From Pseudogymnoascus verrucosus (taxonomy: Eukaryota), in the NCBI GenBank assembly GCA_001662655.1, contig KV460219.1: a DNA stretch of 64,000 nt. The stretch is one strand, 5' to 3'. The notes beneath the pieces were generated by a model that made no database searches, had not been told where the DNA came from, and saw only the letters and a list, made by a program, of their open reading frames with translations. The translations under genes were made by a program, and so were the position numbers. Shown in pieces: positions 37,501 to 50,805 of this stretch. Positions within the stretch are counted from its first letter, which is position 1, and every line of letters starts with the position of its first letter.

Positions 37501-39295
37501 CCCGTGCCTCCGGAAATTCGAAGCGACCGATGACACTCGGTTGGATTTCCCTCCTCAAAAATGACAAGGAGCCACTCATATTTCGGCCGGTAACTCCCAC
37601 AAGTTCAAAATTACGTCTTGTGCTGCTGGAAGCTTCCTCGTTCTCATTGTGCCGAGAAGAATCCGGCTTACTAAGAGTGACATCCCTCAAAGGGGCAATA
37701 TTAACCAGGGAGTCGTGAATGCGAAAAGCATAGTCGCCAGATTTGCTGTTCGACTCCGCAGCTACTTCGCCCTTCAAAGGAATCGCAGCTGTGGATTCGC
37801 CGTACAAATCGTCTTCGTCTTCATCTTCTTGGTCCTCGTCAGTCCCATCCACATCGGCATCATCTCCGGCGTCAATGGTTGGCTGCGACCGCCGCCTGCC
37901 AGCCTGCTTTGCCTTCCTAGACCATCCAAGAACAATAGAATCAGTATCTTCGCTGCCGATAAACATTGAATTGTGGTTGATAAGGCTGGTGCATGATGCC
38001 TGGGCACCCATGGAAATGCCGGATTCTGAAGGAACGCGGCGCAAGTTTAGCCCGGAGACAGAGCGGCCATCCATTCGGAAACTGAGGATCGCAAGTTCGC
38101 CGGTATTTAAGATAATGAGCATTTCACCATTGTCGGCCGATAGTTGTTCAACAGCACAGCCTTCAAGCCTCATTTCCAAGGATGACTGGTCGACGAGGCC
38201 GAAGGATGTACAAGATTTCGCAAGTGCATTGACTGCAACACCATTGGCTTTTCCAGACTGATCAATATGAATGAGTTCATTGCCTCCAACAAGAAGTGCT
38301 CCGCCAACGGGCGATGGCAGAGGAATCACTTTAAATAAGTCGTACGGGAGGCCGGTCACTACTAAGATGGTCGTTGATGCCTTTTGGTTGAGGTCCAACG
38401 TGAAGACCATGTATGAGAGTTGATCTTTCCGCTCATCGAGGAGGGAGGAGGATGGCGACAATGTTGAAGATAGAATTCCAAACGTAGGCTCGCGGTACTC
38501 GTAAAGAAATGCTAGGTGAACGGTATGGATGAGGGTTGGATCAAGTGACGATAGTCGGAGAACAAATGACGGTGCATAAGGCGTATCTTCATGGCCTTTG
38601 TTGTCGCTTGTAATTATTGCGGTAGTTGGCCTTGGGCCATCGAGTTCTTCGTCCCAGTCGTCCATTGCGGTATCTTCATCGCCCTGGCGAAATGGTAAGA
38701 TCGCCAGGTTGCGTGCTCCGAATTTTAGCGCAGCACAACGGCCACGAGGGTCTGCTGTCAAGTAGTTGAAGCAGTTGCTAAGATATGGATCCCAAGGAGA
38801 TCCGCCAATTTCTTCTTGCTCGTAGTAATGAATTGAGACTGTCGATAGTCCATGTCTCTCTGGGTCCCACTCCACCAAACTAAGCTTTGCGTCCTTGAAA
38901 GAGAGCAACAAGGACTCTCCCCCGGACTTCGAGTCGGATATCTTGATGCGTGCCAACGATGTTACAGTTCCAGCGAGCGCATACTCGCCGACCAAAACGA
39001 GCTTTGTTGTGCTTGCGAGTGTTGAACGTTGGACGGCGTCTGGGTCGAGAAACGAGGACTCGAATCCATCTTCGTCGCCCCCCAATTGTCTGCTGTTGAT
39101 GATCGCATCTTCCGTATCTTCGTTGTCACCACCTGAACCTGCAGCCTCAAGCTCCACCGTAACGGTCTTGGCGGAGAAGATCTGGAGCAACGAGGTCTTT
39201 GCGACAATGAGATTCGTAGCGGTTCCAGAAGTGAAGGGTAAGGTCAGGGAGTGTGTGGCGGCAGTGGGAGGCGCCAGCTCCGTAAAACACTGCAT
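34581..39295 (-). CDS. CFT1: Cft1/CPSF160 cleavage and polyadenylation factor subunit
   Basis: MQCFTELAPPTA start, DAKLSLVEWD, SIHYYE, FLYEYREPTFGIL, GLNPKAHR; four introns including 37197-36954. Confidence 0.95.
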
Positions 39296-39712
39296 TATGA
39301 GTAGACGACTGGTGTCAATCCATGCATTTCGTGGTGTCTGGAGACAACTGGGATGCTTTTCGGACTTTGTGGATGGACATGTAGACAAGAAGTTCCGACG
39401 CGCGCGGGTCAAGCTGTCTGCCGCGTTGGTCTGTGCACCCTTGATCCAGCCACCCCCCCTGTCTGTATGTACCTTCAGTCCCTGAAGCTTGGTCAAAACA
39501 CTCTCCTTCCATGAAACACCACTGTCTTATTCAACCCCGCCAGCGACCATCTTGAGCTTCAATGTGCCAACTGTACTGTGGCCGACTACTATTAGCACTT
39601 TGAATGCTGGTTTGAATACTGTGTAAGCCCTCTATCGGTGTCTTCTGAACGTTTTTCATGGTGCGCAAAGCTAACAACAGCTATTCTCCAGATCCTAGAT
39701 ACCGACGTCATC

Positions 39713-41509
39713 ATGGCTCTCATTCAAACGGCATTCATATGGCTCTCCTACGCCATTGCTGTCGCCCTTGTCGCAGCAGGCGCAGCAGTTTTTACATACA
39801 CATACCAAACTCCTCGAGATAGGTCGGCGGTTGTCACGACAGTTACGATTTTTACATTGACGTCGTTGCTCGCGACGGTATTCCTGCTTCCCGTCGACAT
39901 TGCGCTTGTCTCGTCGACATCGTCATCGAAGCTCGGCATCAAGAAGGATTGGGCGACACCGGAGCGCGTGGACAGCATCCTGCTAACTCTGAAGATTGTC
40001 TACTATGCATTATACTCGCTTGATGCACTCTTGTGCTTAATCGTCATCCCTTTCACCTATTTCTGGTACGAGGAGTACGATGAGGTCGAAGAAGAGGAAG
40101 GGACGCAGTCTTTCGCGCAGCGATTCTGGAATGCATTCAAGTATACGACTGCTTTTATCCTATTGGCACTCATTGTTTTCCTGGTCGGGTTCTTCGTGCC
40201 TGTCGCAGCACACGACAGAGATGGCCGAATGGACTTTGATTATTTCAGGAGGTTGCTGTCTGCGAATAAGGGGGAGCGCGCGCTTACATTCGCGCTGGGT
40301 CTTTTGATTACGCTTGGAACGATATTATACGTGCTATATACAGCTGTAGGGTTTGCGTTGATGCCGATATCCTTTATCAAGTCTGCACCATCTATTTCAG
40401 CACCCCAGCTCTACGCTTCAACAGCTTCTGCGCTGGTGCAGAACCGCGAGAGGCAGCGGCAGTTGGAGGGACGGAGTGCCGGGCGTCCAGATGGATTACC
40501 AGCCAAGGACCAGCGGGAGCTTGAAGGCCTTGTTCGCGAGGAACGGACGTTGGTTCGTCGCGAACGTCTGGCTGCCGAAGCTCAGGGGCAAGGTCAGTCT
40601 AAAGTCGCAAAGGCCTGGACAAAACTCTGCGCGGTTTTCCGACCATTGAAGCTACTCGGTGGTATATTTATGCTTTTAATCTCGATCTTGATTTGGGTAT
40701 CCATGCTCATCACAGGAATCGATAAGGCCAAAAATTCCATCTGCAAAGAGCAGTGTGGCTATATTCTTGGCAGAGTTCACATCTTCCAGCCGATTGACTG
40801 GATTTTTGTTCAGTCATCAAAGGTTTTCCCCATCGACTATATATTAATGGCTCTTTTGGTCCTGTTTTTCTTCGCCAGCTCTGTCGCAGGCATTGCAAGA
40901 GTTGGGATTAGATTCCTATGGGTTCGTCTTTTTGATATCCGCAAGGGCCGTACATCTCCGCAAGGTCTTTTGCTAGCAACCATGATGCTGAGCTTGATCG
41001 TATTGGCAATCAACTATGCGATCACGACTATTGTCGCACCCCAGTACTCGCTGTATGGGCCTCAGACTTTCTGTACGAACCCACCCCGATACGCTGGGGA
41101 CGCGCCAGATTGTACCGACCACCCCGAACTCATCAAGCAATGCACCAAACTGTCCCATGCCGACAAGTCTGGAAACATCTGCACTCCCAGTGTCGTGTCA
41201 ACATTCATCAACCGCATCACTGCAAACTTCCCATTCTTCGGTGCGGTAGACTTCTGGGCACAGTTTGCATTCTTGGGTATCTTCTTCATCATATTTGTCA
41301 CAGCACTGTTCCGGACACCGAAGCTCAACATGAGTGAGATTGATCAGGATGCAGAGGCTGATGAAGAGGAGGGGCTGTTGGCGTCTACAGGGAGGAGGTT
41401 TGGAGCAACGTGGCAGGATATCACGGGGCGAGCAAGTGGAGGAAGGGTGTCTGGTCAGGGTGCAGCTGGTCGAGGGGTGCGAGGGGATATGCATGATGAT
41501 GATGATTGA
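39713..41509 (+). CDS. LMBR1-family membrane protein (probable lysosomal cobalamin transporter, LMBD1-like)
   Basis: [22 protein letters not shown], multiple TMs, [13 protein letters not shown]; branch/acceptor CTAACAACAG at 39671-39680 suggests a 5'UTR intron. Confidence 0.9.
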   Translation: MALIQTAFIWLSYAIAVALVAAGAAVFTYTYQTPRDRSAVVTTVTIFTLTSLLATVFLLPVDIALVSSTSSSKLGIKKDWATPERVDSILLTLKIVYYALYSLDALLCLIVIPFTYFWYEEYDEVEEEEGTQSFAQRFWNAFKYTTAFILLALIVFLVGFFVPVAAHDRDGRMDFDYFRRLLSANKGERALTFALGLLITLGTILYVLYTAVGFALMPISFIKSAPSISAPQLYASTASALVQNRERQRQLEGRSAGRPDGLPAKDQRELEGLVREERTLVRRERLAAEAQGQGQSKVAKAWTKLCAVFRPLKLLGGIFMLLISILIWVSMLITGIDKAKNSICKEQCGYILGRVHIFQPIDWIFVQSSKVFPIDYILMALLVLFFFASSVAGIARVGIRFLWVRLFDIRKGRTSPQGLLLATMMLSLIVLAINYAITTIVAPQYSLYGPQTFCTNPPRYAGDAPDCTDHPELIKQCTKLSHADKSGNICTPSVVSTFINRITANFPFFGAVDFWAQFAFLGIFFIIFVTALFRTPKLNMSEIDQDAEADEEEGLLASTGRRFGATWQDITGRASGGRVSGQGAAGRGVRGDMHDDDD

Positions 41510-42538
41510 GCTTCTTCAAGATGTTAATTGGTAAGGTTGGATGGAAGGATACAACAGTATATGTATCGAGATATGATATCTCATAAATGGAAGCACTTAT
41601 GATAGTGGATGTATAATACAACGGAGTTGCTCTGAGCCAAACAAGATCATTGCAACTGGGGGTCAATGGCCTGCCTTTAACGGTAGTAGTTAAGTTATGG
41701 TTTCTAAATGGCAATTCGTTATTCCTGAATCCTATAATTATATGTGCATAAGTTTATATTGTCTGTAGTGTGCTGACCTTGCGTCGCTCCTCAGGCCATA
41801 TTAGTGTTGTGGGGTAAACGCGGGGTGGTGTGCCGCTAGCAATTGCTAAAAATGCCGAACCACGAAACAAGAGACCACTGCCACGTTGTCAGAATTATTT
41901 TGAGATGGATGGTTGTATTTATTATGGTATTGAAGCCGTTTAAATTTTTTGGTCTGCAGTGTTATGTAATTTTATCTTTCATTAATATTAATAATATTTT
42001 GATACGAGAATCTTAAAAATGATCCAAATGGAACAAAAATACATAGATGCACCACTAGGTTCTGTATAATAATAACCCAATATTTATTCAGGTATAAGCT
42101 TATTCGATTTTAACTATAAGAGCTGTATAGTGAGTGGTTCTCAGAAGCTACTCTTATCATTCTTTATTCATAGCAATATAAACTCGCCACAAGGACAAAA
42201 TGCCCAATTCTAAGCTCCTAGCGAACAGAAACATAGTATGTGGTACCAACTCCCCCGTTAATTAAAGCATTCTCTTATATGAATATTTCAGCTTTATCAT
42301 TGCCTCTAATAGTTTGTACTATCTCAACATTTCACGTCATTTATAGTTTAAATTTCAAGCGAGTGAATTGAATTCTCTTTTATGTACAAGAAGCTATGGG
42401 TTTATCATATGTTCAAGTGGCTTGTCGGCGAAAGCCATAACTTTCTAGACCGACGATGAAGATCGCCCAACAAATCTCTGCCAACTTTTGTTCCTTCTAA
42501 GTGGATCCCAAACTTTTACCAACATCCATGTTGGTTGT

Positions 42539-43876
42539 TTAGAATTGCGGAACGGCGTTCTTGAGGAGCATCTCGAAGTAAGCCTGGTGCCAGGCACCGG
42601 CCTCTGGGGATGGCTTGAAGGCTGTGAAAGAACCATGTTAGTGTTGTTTAGATACGAGTTTGGGAAGTTTACTCACCATCCGCGTGTCCGCAGAAGGAGT
42701 CATATCTTGTCGCACTGGTGTCGCTGGTTCCGTCACTCTCTCCTCCGGGCTTACCCCAGACGAAGGCATCGGCAAGCGTGTTTCCGGTGTCCGATGATGG
42801 GCGGACTCCAAAGCCGGCACCGTCAACGTTGCACCAGTCACCCCACTCAAGGCGGAGACCCTGAACAGCGTTGCGGCCGGTATCAACGATCGCGTGGTTG
42901 GGGTGGCCTGCGGCAGCAAGCGCCGCACCGAAGATGGTGACGTAGCGGTCCTCATCCTGGCACTTGTTGTACTGTCCGTCGGGGGTGTTCTCGAACTCTC
43001 CGGGGGTCTTCTTCCAGGCGTTCCAGCCAGCAATGTTGGTGGCAATACCACGAACCTGCGATGGGGAGCCAGCGGCCTTGTAGACCTTGGCAAGTCCCTC
43101 AGCACCGGGCTCTGTTCAATGTGTTAGCATTGAAAGTCTGACATGGAGTCTAGGGTTTCTTACTGAGGTTGTCGTTCCATCCGAGCCATCCACCGTGGCC
43201 AGCATCAACGTACATCACCACGTTGGGCAAGTTGAGCTGCTTCAGGGCGTATGCAACACCCTCTTCGTAACCTGAGGCAGAAGCCTGGCAGGTGGCGAGG
43301 TCGGCGTTGGTGACCAAGTTGGGGAGGGAATCCGGCTCAATGATAAGAGCGATGGCGGTGTTTGGGTTGGCCTTGAAGATCTCGACAATTGCTGAACACG
43401 ATTAGCCAAACGAAAATAATCCCAGCGCTTCATTACTTACGGTCGATGTACTCGGACTTGTATCTCGCAATCTCGCCAACTGCGAGCTCACCGTTGGAGG
43501 CCTTGGCGGCACAATCACGGCCGGGGAGATCGTAGATGACAAGACCGATGATCTCTCCGCAAGGAACGTCCTTGATCATGGCATCGATGGTGGGGATGAC
43601 AGAGATGGTATCGATCCACTTGAACGAGCCGACCTCAGCAACCTTCTTAGCCTGAGCAATGAGGGTTGCATCGGTCATGCCAGCAACAGCGGCGGTGATC
43701 TCATCAGCGTAGTAGGAGTTGGCGTAGAGCTTGTTGGTGGCAAATGGGTTGGAAGATCCGCTGAGCGTGACTGCTGACGAGCAGGCAGCGCGCTTCTGGA
43801 CAACGGCTGGGGCAGCGAAGACGCTGGTGACAGCAACTGCGGCCGTCAAGGCAGTGTATGAGAGTGAGTACTTCAT
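42539..43876 (-). CDS. GH6 cellulase/cellobiohydrolase without CBM1
   Basis: Signal peptide; YDLPGRDCAAKASNGE, IEPDSLPNLVTN, DAGHGGWLGW, DTGRN, WVKPGGESDG, PEAGAW; three introns. Confidence 0.94.
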
Positions 43877-44122
43877 GATTGCGGGAGTATATACAAAGGC
43901 AGGTTGAGGAATGTACAAAAGGGCGAGGATGAATCTCAGTTAATCCAGAGGGGACGCCTCTCTTATAAGCAAAATATCTCTACAGGCATGAGCTGAAACT
44001 CGTGATTTCGTCCGGGAAGACGTGGCGGATCTACAACCTCATGACCCATACTTGGCGCGTAGAACGAGTATCCAAGCCCTTCATCTGACTTCGAGGGGGA
44101 ATCAGGCCCGAAAACGGCGGGA

Positions 44123-44914
44123 GGCTAATATGGGAGCCCTAGATTGATGCTTCATTTTGAGAGCTTCCAATGGAAGCCGACTCGGAATATGGAACGATTG
44201 CTCCGTCGCTAGCTTGGGTAGGTGAGAGGTTTCTTAGCATCGACGCTTCTGTCCTTGACTGTTCCTGGTAGATCTTACCTCGAGGACGTTAATGCCGTCA
44301 GCTGCAGAGCGTAGAAGGCCATTTGGAACACTAGTCATCTGATAGAAGCGCCAGGCACAGGCTAATTGTTTGCCCGAAAGTTTTAGCCATGGGCCTTGAT
44401 TTAAAGCCAATATCAAACCTGACAAGCTCTCGGTGGACTGGATGAGAAGAGACAGAACGCCGTATTCTCATTCGAGGAAGAGATCACCCAAAACCACTGG
44501 CGCTAGCATGAAAGGCCAAGATGGCCCTGTCCCTTCCGCAATTGGCATGCCCACTACCCCATCTCTCCGCCCCCCAAGCGCAGCCTTTCCCCATATATCA
44601 GATTCGATGGCACGCATTCACGTTCAGTTCGAATGCGGAGTCGCCAAGGTTTAAAGATTGCCTCCACTAAAATTGTAGCTTGATGCGGAGCCGCCAAGAT
44701 TTCAGTATTTATCCCGCTCCATTTGAACGAAACGCTGTATAGTAGACCCCGGACGTTAATGTTTCTGACATAGTGGCAAGACGCCCCCCGATCCCAGGAA
44801 GGAGAGATCGCCAATCAGGGGGCCATGGCGCGGCACTCTAACTGGGGATCGCCGGTAGTTGCTGATTGGATTCATGGCACTTTGTGGGGTATGGGGGTTA
44901 ATATTGCGGCTAAA
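44123..44914. promoter_or_regulatory. Candidate XlnR/Clr-2-type GGCTAA sites upstream of the GH6 gene
   Basis: GGCTAA at 44123 and 44360, TTTTAGCC at 44381, CGGCTAAA at 44907. Confidence 0.45.
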
Positions 44915-46064
44915 TCGTTCTGACGGCGGGAATTCGTGGACAATGTCAGCCACAAACAGCCGCCAGCTTGGTGATTGGCAAGTGATGGCACTTGACTGCC
45001 CCGTAGATAATTGTGGCTTGAATAAGAGCCGTAGATTCAGCCTTTTGGTGGCGCCTGCTCCTGTTATTGAGGGTGACATCGGCCCTCTATTGCTGAACCC
45101 ACTGACGCACGATTTCTAAAGTTTACTACATAGCATGATGACGTCTTGCCCTTACGCGAATCGGTCCTGTGGTTGAATTGAATATCAACAAGCATACTGC
45201 AGCGGGTTGAATTCTTTCATTTGGGCCTGCGGACTAATTTCTTCTGGGTGACTCTGGAAAAGACATCCATGTTGCGCTACTGTTCCACTGCACCGTCGAC
45301 TGTGTTGTTGTCGAGAGATCGTCCGTGGTCAGATACCAAAAGGCGGGGGGGATTGTAAGTTTTTGTCCAAGATCTGCAACGGAAATGGCATTGAGGACCC
45401 CCGAGCCGGCGCTTGCAGGCAATATATATCACAATGGCCTCCCGACGAAGCCGCCAGTATTGCGTACCCAGCCATTGTTACAACTTGAGGGTGGAAGCGA
45501 AGTGTGCTAGAGCGACAGTGCCTTGATCCCAAACCCGCGAGAATTGCATGACCGGCCACTTCGACTCCGTCGACAATGCAAATGAACACGTGCAGACAGC
45601 CCGCTGTTGCTGCCGGTAATGTAGGATCTCGGAGTCCCTCGGTCCTTTTCTCAGGCAACGAGTATCCCCTCAAGAATGGACATGACTGAGCCCCAGACAT
45701 GCCCAGAATCTATTGTCTCCCTCTACTAAAGTCATGTGACCCATGAACCAAGTGATTATTGTTTACGACTGTTGTTGTAGCATGGCGACGAGGCATTTTT
45801 TTGGAGGGTTGGGCGCAGTTCTGCGCCAAGGGAATCCTTCCAATCCTTTCTTACTTCAGGGGTGGTAATGTTTCACTCAGCCACTGGGTGCCTTGAAGAT
45901 ATGGCAAACATCTGACTGAAGCCTCATCGTGAAGTAAATTAAATTATGGTCAGCATTGTAGCCTGAAATCTGCAGTAAAAGTGCTCTCGCAAACTGTGGC
46001 TCGAAAACAAGAAAGGGTTCGCGGGTTGTTAGAGTCGGCGAATTAATAAATCGAATACTGTGCA

Positions 46065-47078
46065 ATGGCAGGCGGGAATACGCACTCGGAGGAGCCCCAC
46101 AATACCAACGCCGACACAAACCAACCGGGATCGTTTTCCAAGAGAAAGCGCTGGATAATTGCTGGAATTGTCGCAGGCCTGATTATACTGGGGCTTGCTA
46201 TTGGTCTCGGGGTTGGATTAAGCAACCGCAACTCTTCATCCAATGCGACCGGATCGAATCCAAGGTCAAATACCAGCCCAGAGACCACCCCGTCTACGAC
46301 AGGAGCCTCCCCGTCTGCAACATCCCTTTGGCAGCCAGCAGTTGGGGTAAAATGGCAGATTGTTTTACAGGCACCCATCAATGAGACCGAGATCGAAGTC
46401 CCGGTGTACGACATCGATCTCTTCGATAGCACTGCTAGCATAATCGCTTGGGCCCAAGGACAGGGTCGCAAAGTGATATGCTACTTCTCAGCCGGTTCAT
46501 ATGAGGACTGGCGCCCTGATGCCACAAGCTTCAAGCCGGAAGACTACGGCAATGGCTTGGAGGGCTGGGAAGGAGAATATTGGCTCAACACTAGCTCCGT
46601 CAATGCTCGGAATATAATGCTGGCACGCCTAGACCAGGCTGCAAAGAAGGGCTGTGACGGCGTTGATCCCGACAATATTGACGGGTATGAGAATAAGTCG
46701 GGGCTGGACTTGACGACGGACACTGCTGTGGAATTCGTGACGTTTCTCGCCGACGCGACACATGCTCGGAATATGTCCTTTGGCTTGAAGAATGGGGCAA
46801 AGATATTGAGTCGGGTTATCGACCTAATTCAATGGAACGTTGTCGAGGAATGTCTCCAGTACGACGAATGTGGTGACTACCAGCCCGTCATCGATGCTGG
46901 GAAGCCAGTATTTCAGATCGAATACCCAACGACGGAAGAAAAGCCGAGCTACGTGAGCGATGAGAAGAAGAACGAAATCTGCGGTAGTACTGGGATACCT
47001 GTCGGGTTTTCGACGGTACTGAAGAATATGAATCTGGATGAGTGGATTGTGCAGTGTCCAGCACGTACATCTGGCTGA
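46065..47078 (+). CDS. GH114 endo-alpha-1,4-polygalactosaminidase (Ega3-like), type II membrane anchor
   Basis: N-terminal TM; YDIDLFD, VICYFSAGSYEDWRPD, GCDGVDPDNID, GLKN, VEECLQYDEC, KPVFQIEY. Confidence 0.93.
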   Translation: MAGGNTHSEEPHNTNADTNQPGSFSKRKRWIIAGIVAGLIILGLAIGLGVGLSNRNSSSNATGSNPRSNTSPETTPSTTGASPSATSLWQPAVGVKWQIVLQAPINETEIEVPVYDIDLFDSTASIIAWAQGQGRKVICYFSAGSYEDWRPDATSFKPEDYGNGLEGWEGEYWLNTSSVNARNIMLARLDQAAKKGCDGVDPDNIDGYENKSGLDLTTDTAVEFVTFLADATHARNMSFGLKNGAKILSRVIDLIQWNVVEECLQYDECGDYQPVIDAGKPVFQIEYPTTEEKPSYVSDEKKNEICGSTGIPVGFSTVLKNMNLDEWIVQCPARTSG

Positions 47079-47649
47079 AGAATCTAAACTAGGAGAGAAG
47101 ACTTGGTGGCAGCAGCAACATGTATAGAATTATAGAAAGCGACATCAATAGGGAATACCAGATCAACAGGTCTATAGCAAGAACACAATATGGAAAGAGC
47201 TATAGACCCAATAAATTAACACGTGACACAGGCTTTTCAAGTGTCGGTGTCAGGTGATTTCGCGCAATTCAATTCCAAAGTCAACATCAGCGAAATCGGT
47301 CACTGAGAAAGCAGCCATCGTGATGAAAGAAGAACAGCCATTCTTTACATATATTTGCAAGACCCAACACCATTTCCTGCAATAAACAGCCCACGAAAAG
47401 TGTAACCCGAGTGATAGTGTCCTGTAAGTTTATCGTCGTGTAATTTTTTGAAGCCGGAGCTTCGGTACAGAAAGAAGCTCTCATTTTATGCCGAGAGCTG
47501 CAGACCCAACCCATCTCATATTATAACCGTTTCAATCACAAAGTCAGGTACTAACATATATTATTCAGTAGTTTACTTCCTGCCGCATTGATCTTCGTTA
47601 TATATTTGATTTAATATAGAGAGTGGACTATACGTCTCTGTCTGATAAG

Positions 47650-48796
47650 ATGCCTCCCTCGGCGATTATAGTTCCTGGTTACAACTTCTTTACAACCGCC
47701 GATGGAGTAGAGCTTGCCTACCAAAGCCTTGGTGACCAAGCAAACAAGCCATTAATTCTAGTAAGACGGAGCCACTGTTCAAATGTGACGTCCTGCACTG
47801 ACTAATATCTCTGCAGCTCCACGGGTTTACCGGATCTTCTGCTGTCTGGGATCGCAATATCAGCGCTTTACGGGTAAAGTTTTGGGTCATTGCTCCAGAT
47901 CTCCGTGGCCATGGGCGCTCTGGTCGGCGACCAGATGGACAGGATGCCACAGTAGCAAGACTGGGCCAAGATTTGAATGAGCTCATGGATTGGTTGGGAT
48001 TGAACCCAGAACTTCCGCGTGATAAAGGCAACGCTGGCGGGAATGTTGCTCGGCCGAGCTGTATAGCTGGCAGTCTTGGCTGTGCTATTACTTGGTTAGG
48101 AATTTACTACCCACTTATTACGTGGCGATGGACACTAATACCACCCCCAGGTCATTCGCGGAGCAGTTTGGAAAGAGCATATTTGACAAGTTAATATGGG
48201 TCGACCAGGCTCCGCTTCAAAACTACACACAGGACGGCACATGGGGCCCAGAGCATGGAAACAGGTCCCTCAATTCCTCTGAATCGTTGAAGAACATGCT
48301 GGATACTCTTTCGACTAATCCCGACGATGTTTACAAAGGCACTGTTGATGGTTGCTTGGCATATATCTGGGACCCCACCTGGGGAAGACAGCAATTTGAC
48401 TCCGAGGCGGCGTACCTGAAGGCCCAAGAGGATGACACTAGCTTCTTCCTAAAGATTGCCCAGCAAGGTGACCCAACCTGGTTCGGAAAGTTGATGTCTG
48501 ATCATACTGCCATAGACTGGAGAGGCTCTATCAAGAAGAATTTCGGTGCGGCCAGTGCCAACGACACTGACATATTGGTCATTGCGAGCGAAAGAAGCGG
48601 ATGCTTTCCAGCCGCAGGGCCAATGTGGATTGTAGACGCCATACTCGAAGATAAGAACAAGAGTGACGGTGCATCAGATGCATATGTTAGAGGGGTTGTG
48701 GTAGACTTTGGAGGGCACTGGTGTTACTGGGAAGATGCTGAGAAGTTCAATGACCTTGTGCTAAAGTTCTTAGCTGGGAAACCAACCAATACATAA
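47650..48796 (+). CDS. Alpha/beta-hydrolase (non-heme haloperoxidase/arylesterase-like)
   Basis: Introns 47761-47816 and 48095-48150; LHGFTGS, APDLRGHGRS, nucleophile elbow AGSLG, GGHWCYWE. Confidence 0.88.
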
Positions 48797-49228
48797 ATGA
48801 CTACCAAGGCAGCTTAACTGCGCTTTACCAACGTCAATAACTTATTTAAGAAAACTTTCATGTGCAATGTGAAAGTGAAAATTTACATCACGTGAGAAAA
48901 TGTGAATTGGTCCCTACACTTAATTCAATGCCTTATAGTGACACTGAAGGAAAATAAGAGCTACAGAAAGAATCTCCAATGGCCTAAATAGTTTATATCA
49001 ATCCTCAGCTTTCTCATAGTTCATCCTCGGTCTTTTGGGCGATACGACCATGTTACTGTGGTCTGTACGTAAGTCGCTGCCCCACAACAACCTACAACCC
49101 CACATCTACCCATCGAGAACCGACCCCGCGCGAGGCTAACCTTCCCGTATAAATATAGTGGGATCTCCTCGAATCACCAATTAATTAATTATTCATCATA
49201 TACACCTCGTGCAGCGCATATAACCGCA

Positions 49229-50334
49229 ATGGGTTCCAACGCCCCAAAATGTAATGTTTGTTTGATAGGAAGTGGCGGCGTCGGCACAATCGGATCCGTC
49301 GTCCTCGAAAACTCCGGGCGTGCTCATGTGACCGCGGTTCTGCGTTCCAAGTACAAGATAGTAAGTGAGAAAGGATGGGATATCGAATCTGTAGATCACG
49401 GGACTTTGAAGGGATGGAAGCCGAGCAGAAGTTAGCACCCATCCCCTTTATATATGAATGTCACTGACATGCGCGTTCAGTTGTGGCGACGGTTTCTGAA
49501 GCTGCGTTGCCACCATCCGGAGCCGAGGCCCAGCAATATGACTACGTGTTTGTGAGCACCAAGCAGCTTCCGGACAGCTACAGCGTCACTGAGCTTATAC
49601 GGCCCGTTGTGACACCCGGAGTTACGGCTATCGTCCTCATCCAGAATGGCCTTGATATCGAGCTTCCCATCATTGAGGCCTTCCCAAAAAACACCGTTAT
49701 TTCCGGGGTCTCCGTGATCGGGTCACGCACCGTGGGGGAGAATGGAATCGCCCATATTGGCAGCGAGAGGGTCATCATGGGCCCTCACTTCCATGACGGC
49801 CTCGATAGAGAGACTCAGATCCGGCAAGCAACCGAGTTTGTTGCCATGTATGATAGTGGCGGCCCGGGGATTGTCAGCCTTGACCTGGACATGCCCAAGG
49901 CGCGATGGTACAAGCTACTGTGGAACGGCACATTCAATACACTCTGTGCCTTAATGAAGATGGATGTTGGAGAAGTGCAGTCGTCCAAGGGGAGAGAGAG
50001 TCTTCTCGTCCCGATGATGCGGGAGCTAGTGGCAATCGCGAAGGAGGATGGCGTGGAGCTACCAGAAGCAGCAATCCAGAAGTTGGCTTATGGTTTGCCT
50101 GACGACTGCCCATACCGGCCGAGCATGCTGGTGGACGTCGAGCAGGGGCGTCTGATGGAGATTGAGGTTATCCTGGGGAACGCACTGAAGAAGGCGGAGA
50201 AGTACGGAGTGTCTGCGCCTAAGTGCTCAACGGTGTATGAGCTCTTAAAAATGGAGCAGTGGAGGATTCAGCAGGATCTGTCAGGCGTGGTGAAGGCAAA
50301 ACCTAGCAAAGTTGATGGCACATCCCTATTTTAG
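49229..50334 (+). CDS. Ketopantoate reductase (PanE/ApbA) family oxidoreductase
   Basis: IGSGGVG, STKQL, LIQNGL, WYKLLWNGTFN, PSMLVDVEQGRLMEIEVILGN; intron 49431-49480. Confidence 0.92.
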
Positions 50335-50805
50335 ATAGAGAAGGCTGGTTTAGCTGTAGAATATACTTGATGCTGATATCGATAGCATCCGCAAATTTCG
50401 CGCTCATTAGTCCCATAAAACGAGACACCCGGAGAACTCTCATCATCACAGAAAAGACACAATATTCGTCCTTTTACATTCGAACTTTTGATAACTATCT
50501 GTACTGAAGGTTTGTATTTGTTGATCTATAGTCTAGGTGTGGTCTAGGTCGGCGGAAAAAGTGTGGCCCGAGCTTTTGCCGGCCAGACGCGACATGTCAT
50601 CATGGTGGTGGCTGGACCTCATAGTTTATTTCTCTCTTATCAAAACCGTCCGCATTACCACAAATTTCCAATTGTCGCGAGGAATAAAGTTGACGTTTTC
50701 ACATTTTTAATTAATTTGGCTGCCATACTAAACTCATTTTGTAACCACTCGGCGTCGGTGCCAGCCAACGGCATATGGGAGGAGCTGTGTGGTCGTTAAC
50801 CTATC

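Noticed and set aside
41900..42450. AT-rich stretch as a possible MITE or relic (similar stretch at about 59620-59830)
   Set aside because: No terminal inverted repeats or TSD found; compatible with terminator regions.
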